Below, piece after piece: positions 53,698-64,000 of a stretch of DNA of 64,000 nt (position 1 is the stretch's first letter; each line of letters begins with the position of its first letter). Source of the DNA: Psilocybe cubensis (taxonomy: Eukaryota). Under the pieces are notes generated by a model. It was given only the letters and a program-made list of their open reading frames with translations, had not been told where the DNA came from and did not search any database. The position numbers were made by a program, and so were the translations under genes. The DNA lies in contig CM039006.1 of the NCBI GenBank assembly GCA_017499595.2, forward strand, positions 2,356,001-2,420,000, written 5' to 3'.

Positions 53698-55917
53698 CTA
53701 GAAAACATGAGCTCCACGCATTGACTTACATGAAGTTTTGATCTTCATGTGGACAGATTGAGCCCTCGTGAGCTGGTCATAACCTTGAAAGCGCTCCATT
53801 AGTCGTAGAATCACGAAACAGAAAGATAGGAATACACACCAAATTTGCTCAAACTGACACCACGACCACTATCTTTGACTCCGCACCACGCCAAAGCTGG
53901 GTCAAGGTAGTCGCAACTGCGTTCACACATTCATCTCGGCGCCTTTTGATTATCGATGTACTGATAACTACTCACCGATTCAAGAAAACAGTCCCTGTCT
54001 CCAACTCTTCTAGAATTTGCAGGAATGCTTTCTCGGAATCCGGATTGTCATTGGCGTTAGTCCATATCGATGCGGTTAATCCATAACGCGAGTCGTTCAT
54101 GAGTTTGATAGCCTCATCGTCAGAAGACACCTGAGGAAACGGGATCCCCATTTAGGTACGAGAGATGACCAAAAAGCAGTGAAATCCGACCTTTTGAATC
54201 CCAACTACTGGACCAAACGTCTCTTCCTGCATGAAAGATAAGTAAAGTATATTCGTAGAACTACTGGGTTCTCACTGACTTTCATTACATCCATGGCTAA
54301 GGGAAATGTCAATAAACATCATAAGAAATGAGGGGGAGAGACGTACTGTGATCCACATCTACAAGTACTTGTGGAGCGACGTAGGTTGTCCCGCTGTTGG
54401 CCAAATGAGAAAAAAATAATTAAAAACATAGATACCTGTGAACCTACGTTTTTGCCTGAGGAAAGAAGCTTTCGGGGAGCAGATTTTTGGCTCCGGCAGC
54501 GACTGTAAATGAACGATATGGTCATCCGTGATCCGACTTTAATTTACTAAATTCACAGACTTACCTGCGTCGGCGACTTGCTTTCGGATGCGTTCGGCGC
54601 TGGCAAGACTCACAACAGGGCCCAGATTCGTCTCTTTCAATGTTGGATCGCCAAGTCTGTAGGGCTATGGATACTGTGGTAGTCTTTCGCATTACGAATA
54701 CAAGGATACCACGACCAACCTTGGTATGCTCAACAAATTTCTCCACGAAGGTGTCATAAATGGCTTCATGAACATAGATGCGCTTACGATTAATGCGTTA
54801 GTAAGGATGTCAGCTCGCTTCAGATACTGCTAACCTCTACTGCACAGCAACTTTGTCCGGAGTTGAAAAAAGCACCTGACGCAAACATATTTAAAGTGTA
54901 AGTGCAGATAATCATAGCACTCACCGTCTACTAACTCTGGAACGGTATAGTCCAAGTTTGCATCGGCCCTGACGTACGCCGGATCTTTTCCGCCAAGCTA
55001 AATACATGAATTGTGTGACTGATAAAGACATTTCGAAACATGCAATGCTCACCTCCAAAGCTACACCTTTGAACCCTACCGCATTTGCAGCAGTCTTGGA
55101 AACGGAGGCCCCACCTTGGACACTTCCAGTGAACGACACAAAATCAACCGCTGGGTTGTTTATCGCTCTAGTGGTCAATTCAGGCGACATGTGAACTACC
55201 TGAATGATGTGTTCTGGTACTCCTGCCCTTGTTAGCGCAAGTGCGAATCTTTCTGCTGTAAGTGGTGTTTGAGGAGACGGCTTCAAAAGTACGGCATTGC
55301 CGGCGATGATAGCAGGAAGAACCGAGTTCACAGAGACCAAGTACGGGAAACTGAGTATAATCAGAAGAATAATAGATGTGATCTAGATAAGACTCACTTC
55401 CATGGGGCGATAACCAGAACGACTCCGAGAGGGACGCGTTTGATATACCTTCGGAAACCAGGCTTATCGGTACTCTCCAAAGTCACATCAGCAAGACTAG
55501 AGGCTGCAATATTGAGCATGTATTCAGAGCGCTCTAGGAATCCGCGGATTTCTCCTGCGCCCTGTGACACAGGACTTCAAAAAGAAGTTCGTAAGGGTCT
55601 TGGACAGGGGCATGACGGCACTGAACACGACTCACCGGCCCATCTGAAGCGATAGCTCGAGAGGAATTTCATCCGACATTTTCCTAAATTCTTCCTGTAT
55701 CCAGTTATATCTCCTTTACGTTGGTTGAAGCTGACGTGCATACCATGAACTTCCTTCCTATGGCAATTCTTTCCTCAACAGGGACCTTTTTCCAATCTTT
55801 CTGAGCAACAGTAGCATGATGAATGATCTTGTCAAGTTCCTCCGCGGATGGATATGTCCTGGATACATAAGGCTTCTGGCTGTGCGGTGTGATGGTCGTC
55901 TGGATTTCTGGAGCCAT
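53698..55917 (-). CDS. Aldehyde dehydrogenase family protein, many introns
   Basis: GVVLVIAPWN, AIIAGNAVLLKPSPQTP, FVSFTGSV..G, ELGGKD, FFNSGQSCCA, EETFGPV, MNDSRYGLTASIWT. The 3' end is approximate. Confidence 0.92.
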
Positions 55918-56057
55918 GGTGGTTGAGGTCAAAGAGATATTCGGTGGATCTTATCAGTCCCAAAAGGGAACGAGAACATTAAGATCACGTGAGGACGCGT
56001 ACTCTCTGGCTTACGCGGTCTGCAACTCGTCCTTTCTGTTCTCTAACAATCTCCTCC
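55918..56057. promoter_or_regulatory. Very compact bidirectional promoter between the aldehyde dehydrogenase and PUP1
   Basis: Only ~140 bp separate the divergent start codons. Contains TCACGTGA (~55985) and ACGCGT (~55995). Confidence 0.5.
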
Positions 56058-57101
56058 ATGGCTGCGCCCAATGTATATCGACCTACGGGCTTTGACTTTA
56101 CAAATGAACTGAGGTTGGCACCATATAAGCTCTTTACCTCTGCCTGGATAAACGCTCATTCATTCGCTAGGAACAACTTTTTGACCCAGAAAGGGCTACC
56201 TTTGCCCAAGGCTACCAGCACAGGAACAACCATTGTTGGCTGTCTTTTCAAGGATGGAATCGTACTAGGCGCAGATACCCGTGCAACGGAGGGCCCTATT
56301 GTCGCGGATAAGAACTGCGAGAAGGTGCGATCTCCATCTCGGCATCCAGCTGTGCTATCCTTCTGACCGTGCTTCAGATCCATTATATCACCGAGTCCAT
56401 TAGATGCTGTGGTGCTGGAACAGCAGCTGACACAGAATTTACGACCGCCCTCATCTCCTCGAACATGGAACTTCATGCCTTACAAACTGGTCGCAAACCG
56501 CGGGTCGTGACTGCCATGACGATGTTGAAGCAGATGCTATTCAGGTGCGCCCATTATTTCAAGAACATCTAGCTCTGAAGCTAATTATTTCCCAGATATC
56601 AAGGTCATGTTGGTGCAGCTCTCGTTCTTGGGGGTGTTGACGCTACTGGCCCCCACCTATTCACAATTCACCCTCACGGTTCGACAGACAAGCTTCCATA
56701 CGTCACTATGGGTTCTGGAAGCTTGGCTGCCATGGCCGTATTTGAAAGTGGCTGGAAGCCAAACATGGAGGTCTGTTACATTTGCGTATACTTCTTAAAT
56801 TCATATCTCATCGACATATCCTTTGCAGCGGGAAGAAGCCCTCCGCCTAGTCAAAGCTGCCATCGCCGCTGGTATTTTCAACGATCTTGGGTCCGGATCG
56901 AACATTGACGCTTGTATCATTACCGAAAACAACACTGAGATGCTCAGGAATGTCGAGATGCCCAATCAGCGCGTCCAGAAAGAGCGCGACTACAAATTTA
57001 GGCGAGGAACAACGGCTTGGAAGAAGGAAGATGTCAGAAAGTTTGTTGTAGACGAACAAACAACACTTATTGGCGGTGGCGATGAGATGGATACCTCATA
57101 G
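56058..57101 (+). CDS. PUP1: 20S proteasome beta-2 subunit
   Basis: [66 protein letters not shown]. Four introns. Confidence 0.96.
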
Positions 57102-57392
57102 GTCTCTCCATAAGATCATGATTTCCTTTACTCCCTGTACATACCACGCACTTCAAATTCTGATTTGGGACTTGGCTTCAGTTTTGGAGCAATTGTATCC
57201 TGGCACTCACTGGATCTATTCAATGAATTTTCCTATGTTGTCATCTATTCCCTTTTACTGGCGGTAGGTAGCCTTACCATCATCTACTTTTGCTCTAAGA
57301 TGCGCAAGATGCGTGACTCAGGCTCATGATGAATCAGTGAAGCCGCACCAATCACGAGTTTCTGACTCGCGTTGCCCTTGTTCTTGACAGTC

Positions 57393-58383
57393 ATGACGGG
57401 TTCAGACTTCGAACGACTCCCAGGGCACATTCAGCGAGCTATCGACAATGCCTTTAACAAGGCCATCAACCCCAACAATTCATCAAAATTCCTACCTATC
57501 TCAAACACAGCTTCTAGCAATCCTGTATCCACAAGCCTTGGGAACGATGACGGAGGTGGAGGTGGGTTTCTCGTGGATGACAACGAAGACGTTCCAGAAG
57601 ACATCGATGTTGAACCATCCACCTCCAACAGTAGCGATGACCTGATTCCTCTGGACCTAATCCCCACCGCTCTCCAATTTCTCGATCTTCCACCAGACGA
57701 CGAAGAAATCCTAGGCGTGCTCCGGAACGCGGCCTCAGGCTGGTCTTCTTCTTCTTCTTTACAAACACCCAAACCTCTAGATCCTCAGACGCGATTTGTA
57801 AGTCGCGAGGACTGGCGTTCCGTCTGCGCTGTTCTACTTGAGAATCGCGAGAGTGACGACGACGACGACCTTTCAGAGAACGCGCAACAGCGAGACGAGG
57901 ATGAGGACGGAGATACCTTCATGGATGATGACTTTGAAAACTCTGTTTCTTCTGGTGGTGGTGGTGACTCAGATGAGGAATATCAAGGCGAACGCCGTCG
58001 TTCCACACGTACAAGGAGATCAAAGACCTCTCAGCAACGCACAGATGGCCTTTCGCCTGAACATTCCGAAGCTCCAAAGAAACTTACAAAACGTCAATAC
58101 CAAACCTGTCTAGCTACATACGCTCTCTTCTTCCCCGACATCCCAAATGAAGAATTGTTGAAGAAGCGAATACTGGTTTCCGACCTCCAGCGAGTCTCAA
58201 ATCTTCTCGGCGAGAAAACCAAAGCTGAAGAGGTATGTTTCTCTCTCTCTCGGTGCAGCTTATGCTACTTAGATCATCATGCGCCAGATGGTCGAGATGT
58301 TGGAGATGTTCTCGACCTCAAAGGATAAAGCCATGAGTTTTGACGACTTTACTCGGATGATGATTACAGCTAAACTGGCGTAA
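57393..58383 (+). CDS. Fungal protein with degenerate EF-hand/centrin-like (possibly Rad33-like) helical domains and an acidic linker
   Basis: LIPTALQFLDLPPDDEEILGVL..., VSREDWRSVCAVL, DLQRVSNLLGEK..EEMVEMLEMF..MSFDDFTRMM. One intron at ~58233-58288. Confidence 0.6.
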
Positions 58384-59037
58384 CTCAAGAAGGATGGACC
58401 TACGTGATGACTTCCAAGGTTTTGAAGTAATCGTTATGCATGGAACCGCGTCTCCGATGATTCCAACCTCATAGGCGACACGCTTGGGGTATACTTTCAC
58501 TCCATTTACCACCGCTTTCAAAAGCGGCCCCACGAGGTCTGGATATTCCGTTTTCGATGCCACACCCGAAGAAACTCAAAGAAGTTTCATATTTCCATCT
58601 CTCTGATGGGAAATGACCACTGCTCTTGCTCAGAGATGATTGGTGTAGAAAAGACTATCTAATCCGGAAGGGAAACTGATTACATTCCATTAACGCGGAG
58701 GGGTGCCTGGAGAGAAGGACTGCTTCGCTTGCTTCGCTTGCTTCCGACGCTATCGACAATACCAACAAGGTTGGTAAACAATCTTCCTAATAGAATGGTC
58801 GTTTGACTCACTGGGGCTGCTTGAAATGGTTCTCTGAGGTTTATCGCGCCCGACACTGATTAGTACCATTAAAGCGTCAAAATTGTCATTCATCCTCGTA
58901 GCAGTACATCTACAACATCGTGTTCCAAAAGCGTGATTTAAATGATATGTATTCGTAGGGGTGGTCGTCAAACAAAAAATTCTTCTGGTAAATGTGTCCC
59001 AAGGTTGGACCCAACGTGAAGTTATTCGCCAAGCATA

Positions 59038-61629
59038 CTAATGCAAGGAGTATTTGGCCTGATAAAAGACACTCTGGTCAGTATATGGTACGGGCATTTC
59101 AGAATTCCGACACGCACCCGTAAAGATGATCCTTTATATTGCAAAATTGGGATGAAAAGCAAGAACAGACCGGTGACAATACTAGAGAAAAGTTAAGTGG
59201 CATGCACTAGTTTGAAAGTGAAGTAACACTTACGCAGCCTCGCAGCCAAATGTTTGAATAGCACCGTGTTTAAGTGCCCATGGTACTTGGAAGTAAGCAA
59301 CACTGAAGCCTAAACAAAGACATCAACACAAACTACCGACTCAAAAAAATGTATTCATACCTCCAAGTGTACGAGCGAGGTTAATCAGTGCACTGATTTC
59401 TCCCTTTTGCGACATTTCATATTAGTTATTGTCATAATACCTTCGAGGAAGTGAAGTCCTACCTGGTGTTTAGGGAAAGCGTCATTACAATAAGCGTAAA
59501 TGGCGACAGTGTTGATCATGACTGAAAATTCAGCGATACCCCATCCCATCACCAACGCTCCGACGCTGAGATGTTTCTGGAAAGATGCTCCAAGGGTGAC
59601 AAAGCCACAGATATATAGCGGAATGGCAATGTAACAAGCCCTGCACAACACAGCTCAGTAAAGCCGTGAAACGACGATGAGGCACCAAGCCTTACCAAAG
59701 ACGACTCTCAGCTTCGAAAACACCCTTGTTACGTCTGATACTGGCATTCATGATCCAATCGTTAGTGTATCGTCCTACGAGCTCTCCAAGAATAACGGAA
59801 ACCTTTAGAGTTGATGAGTAGAATTTCTACGTAAAGAGGCGTCAGACATACAATCGGTGTTCCATATCCACCAGCAACAGCAAATTCGCTGAACCCGTAA
59901 CCGAAGGGTGGAGGGGAGCCGAGGAAAACAGCGTTTGTGACCTATTACGCGTTTAGTCTTCACAGCATTTCTCAAGAACAAATGGCAACTGCACTGACGT
60001 TGATGCCGATACTGAATCCGAAAACCATGGCCTGGTGAGAAATCAGCCTTAGATTCAGCAAGTAAAATCGCGCGTGGACGCAATATGCTAACCTCAAAAA
60101 TCAAAACCATCAACAAGTGCGGTCTCCATACTAGACGCAGAGGGCTGACAACAGACTCAAACCAGGAGATGCGGTACTTCTGCATCCGCATACCGGTGAT
60201 ACCGACGAGGTTTTCGATTCTAAGTCGGAGGCCTGTCGAAGTAGGCAATGGGATAGGCTTCAAAGTACGATCATACATCCTTCATTTGCGGCAATCAAGC
60301 AATCAGCTCAATGGGCGCTAGGTGGCTGATAATTTTGAGAGACCAACTTACGTTTCTTCCATGAAAAGCGCAATAAGCACCACTACAATCGCGGAGTAGA
60401 TAGAACCAATTCCATATGCCCACCTCCATGTAGTTCGCGCGACGAGGAATCCAAAGGCGAATGGGGAAAGGAAAGGGGAGACCAGGAAACCCATCGTCCA
60501 GATATTAAGTTTCCTCGCCTGGAGATGGAAAGGATACAGATCTGTCACGATATAGAGACCCTAGACATGCCATCAGAATAACCCATTGGTTCAACTAAAG
60601 ATACAGAAGACGTACAGTGACTTGTGGGGCAGTTCTAATTATTATGGATAAGTATGGAGCGTTACCAGGTGGTTAAATTTGATCTTACGCAAAAAAGGCG
60701 GTCAAGCACCGCATAGCTGCAATTTTCTGATGAGTGGCGTTTTTAATCCAAAGGATTAGGAGTACTACAGACCAGTGAAAGTCTTCAGATTAGGGGCAAA
60801 AGTACATCCTACCAGGAAACCTAACGCTAGAACCTATCAGAGACAATGTTAGCTGGAAACTGACGTTAAGGATGGGAAATGAACGTGCCTGGGACCAAAA
60901 TAGGACGGGAAGCCGACCTAAACGTCGAACAAGCATGACTGCAAAAATGCCACCCCATCCTATATATAACTCGTATCAGAGCTGACTGCGTATCGCAACT
61001 CGATGGCAGAGATGTAGTCTTTACCCAGAAGGAAAATACTCCAACTTCCCAAGCACGCATGGCCGTAAGCAAAAAACGACATTAAGAGAACAATGGAAGC
61101 GCGCACTTAGATGTGAGGTTGTTTATGACTCCCGTAGTTGTGTTATATTGCACCGCCAAAGCGAAGATGGCCGCGATTCCTGTCGAAGGAAGTTAGCACG
61201 CTTTTAACGAAAGGGGTCTATGTGGATAGACCATATGCTCAAAGGACCACTCACCAATACCAGAGTCGAAGTCAGGAACGATAGCAGCCAGAGTAATGAT
61301 AATAAGAAGGAGGGTTTTCCTACGGTCGCTCCAGTTCTGTGGATCCAGATCAGAGTCTGTAGGCTGTGGCCAGAGTACTTTAGTGCCATCGGCTGACAAC
61401 TTCAGCTTCGCTGCAACCGCTTCGCCCAGTTCAATCTTCGCCTCACTGTGTGGAAGAAATCAACAAGGTGGATCATTGAGGACTGAAAAGACACATACGC
61501 GGGGTCTATAATCAGACGACCAGCCCGCTTCTCGTGGAAAGAATAGATGTCAATTTCAGAGCCCTCAGTTTGGCTGTGGCTAGCATTAGACTCGGTACCG
61601 TGCTTTTCATCGACCTTTTCTGAAGACAT
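59038..61629 (-). CDS. Major facilitator superfamily transporter (DHA1-like), many introns
   Basis: LWPQPTDSDLDPQNWS..RK, RRFGRLPVLFW, DLYPFHLQARKLNIW..SPF..GFL..WRW, EAESRLW and multiple hydrophobic segments. Confidence 0.9.
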
Positions 61630-62999
61630 CTTTGGATGGCGGGTAAGGAGGAGGACGGGCTAAAGGGTGCAAAAGAACTCATTTGGTGTTCGATTACATT
61701 TATACGCAGAAGCACACGCCGGTTCCATTAGCTCTTTTGGACAAGTCTTCTCTCGGAACAAGTGAGCAATGTAGACGGGAATATCCTTCCGAATATGTGT
61801 CGTGAGTAATTGGAAGACCCTAAGGGGGTTTACAGAATGTGATGGCTGACGAGTGTCATGAACTGCGAACCAGGTGGTGTGAAAGAAAGAATACATTCGA
61901 TTTTGGCTTTTGCCTGCCAGATGCTGATATACATAGCAGCTCGCATAAAAAGGTGCCTAGGTGGTGGGTGAGCACGTCCACAAAGCGCGCATATGAGAAA
62001 AAAATGCCGGAGTATCTGTTTTTCCACTATACACATTCCGGGAGGATGCGAGATGGACTCTGGTACGTGTGGCATTTCTCAGCTCATTCGTTACACGTGA
62101 AGTGAAAAGGAGAGTGATCACCATTTATTATAAGGTCAAGTGAACAAAACTACTATCTGTAGTGAGAAAGCCCGTATACAGTTTTTATAGGGGATACAAC
62201 CAGCCAGAGAAATGTTGTACCCAAAGCAGCATTTCGAAGCACCCGATATCGACCAGATTTCTTGATGAGAAGACACCTTACGATGTGCTCTGCGGAGCGA
62301 AGGAGGAGGAGGAACAGAATTCACGAATCTGAACACTATGCAGAGTGTCCAGTTTGGGAATTTATTGCAAGAACTCGAGCCACAGGAGCATTTGAATAAA
62401 CCTGAGCATGAGCGTTGATGGAATCACCGTGGAGATGGGGTTATATGAAAAACCAGGTCACGGTTCAACAATTCATGCACATGCTTATTGATCCCTTTAT
62501 CAAAATTAGAGGCCTGAATCAGCATTGGAAGAGGCTCTCACAGTAGATATACATATAGATTTCGTTTTTGCAATTGGCTGACGGTGTTCCCTCCTGGCTC
62601 AGGATGCAGTGAGTGCGAGAATCTGCCACTGACTGTACGCATGGCTACGCAATGAGAATACGCATCATCTACAGTCCGATATCATGTCTTCTGAGCGGAG
62701 AAATAGCTTAGGCAGAACTCTTTGAGGAGCGTGAGCACTTCCGACGGTGTTCCCATGAATTTGCACAGAATGAGGTCGTTGTTGAAGAACAAGCCTTGCG
62801 GCCAACCGTGAGAACAACATAAGTCAATGGGCCTTGAAACCAAACAAACGACAACAACCGCTTGCGAAAAGATTGCTCGGCGGTCATTCTCGTGTTCGAG
62901 CACACCAACTCACACTTCAACCACTGGTAAGTTCCGTGCTTTACTTATCTCTTCACAGACTATTAATGTAATACAATAGCCCTTCTCCTCCCAAAAAAG

Positions 63000-63461
63000 A
63001 TGCTTCCTCACGACCTCTGCTCCAAAATCCAAAATGCTTTTCGCGCACGCCACCAAAAGCTTGCTGTGAACCACAGCACCCAAAACCTCGGGATCCTGAA
63101 CATTTTGCTACGAGCAGGCTTCATTTCGAGCATTACACGTGGAACTATTAACGGGCCTAACCCTGCTGAGTTCAACGCCGCTAAGGAAAGCGAGCGTAGA
63201 ATATGGGCCGACCTCAAGTACCGCGACGACCAGCCAGTGCTATCGAACATGGAGCTCATCAGTCTTCCCAGTCGACGGGTGTTTATGGACTTGGCAGGTA
63301 TTCGCGCAATCTGTTCGGGTAGGAGGAACAAGCAAATCCCCCCACTCGGGATGGGTGAAGTGGCTATGGTCAAGACGCAGGACAAGGAACACGAGTGGTT
63401 GGAAGCGAGGGAGGCGCTGCAGATGAAGATACCTGGCGAGGTTATCTGCCGAGCGAGATAG
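63000..63461 (+). CDS. MRPS8: Mitochondrial ribosomal protein uS8m
   Basis: HDLCSKIQNAFRA..ILLRAGFISS..LKY..LISLPSRRVF..EAREA..GEVICRA follows the ribosomal S8 pattern. Confidence 0.9.
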   Translation: MLPHDLCSKIQNAFRARHQKLAVNHSTQNLGILNILLRAGFISSITRGTINGPNPAEFNAAKESERRIWADLKYRDDQPVLSNMELISLPSRRVFMDLAGIRAICSGRRNKQIPPLGMGEVAMVKTQDKEHEWLEAREALQMKIPGEVICRAR

Positions 63462-64000
63462 TGTTGGTAGTTATAGTGCTTATGGTATCTTTGGTGCGTC
63501 CAGGTTATATTGTTTATCGTCAGTCATTTGCTGACGGGTTTCCGGTGGACTACTGCAACAGTTATTCTATTCAACTAATGCTATGTTTTCTTTTTCGGAC
63601 TGTTACACTTGTGCATGAACTAAATTGTCAGTATTTGTCAACCTAGTTCATTGAATACAACTCCAACAAAAAACGTGCGTCTTTATTCGAAGTGCCATTT
63701 TATGATCCTTCATACAGCAGATGACTCCGAAGGATTTCTCAATTTCAAGAACTAAGGCTTATTTCGCCAATGGCAGACCTCACAGTGCACACTGGCCTGT
63801 TTCTGTCGCTTTCCGTCACTGCCATCTTTCGATTCAGCTCAAACCATTGCAGGTAGCTTCTTACACGCCAGTTACTACAGGGTATACGGTCGACTTTTTT
63901 TAAAAAAAATCGTTAAGACTTCTATGAAAAGCTTGGCTCCTTTGTGTTGGTGATCATCAGCTGCCTTTTCGCATTTTATTCGAACTCGTACGTGACAAAA

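Noticed and set aside
58400-58700. Structured ncRNA (SRP RNA or C/D snoRNA) between convergent genes
   Set aside because: Isolated GTGATGA/CTGA and GAGGTTGGAA words are present, but the expected flanking base pairing is missing. An Infernal/Rfam search would be needed.

Overview
Eukaryotic DNA from an Agaricomycete-type (mushroom) basidiomycete, judged from the many short GT-AG introns and the gene families present. About the first 30 kb is nested mobile DNA. Its core is a complete 15,666-bp Kyakuja/KDZ transposon (5207-20872) with 304-bp terminal inverted repeats (TIRs), a TAAATAA target duplication, and an empty copy of the target site visible at ~1970-2010. It carries a CxC2-KDZ transposase, a TET/JBP dioxygenase, an HMG-like protein, a Zn2Cys6-like protein, a Pro-rich repeat protein and an unknown gene. 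A CpG-rich octamer (TCCGCCGT) is scattered through it. It sits inside one arm of a ~685-bp inverted repeat. Next come a mosaic of LINE and host-gene fragments and a possible CACTA-type right end at 30118. Host genes follow: MSH2, NCL1/TRM4, a duplicated PsiD-like decarboxylase (one intact copy, one pseudogene), two LecB/PA-IIL-like lectins, an aldehyde dehydrogenase, PUP1, an EF-hand-like protein, an MFS transporter and MRPS8. Between the decarboxylase copies lies a 5.1-kb Helentron/Helitron2-like insertion (41096-46218) with no target duplication. It carries an F-box/nucleotidyltransferase-like gene that is split by an inverted, CpG-decayed relative of the same element. All calls come from reading the sequence by eye; no database searches were run, and the ends of multi-exon genes are approximate.
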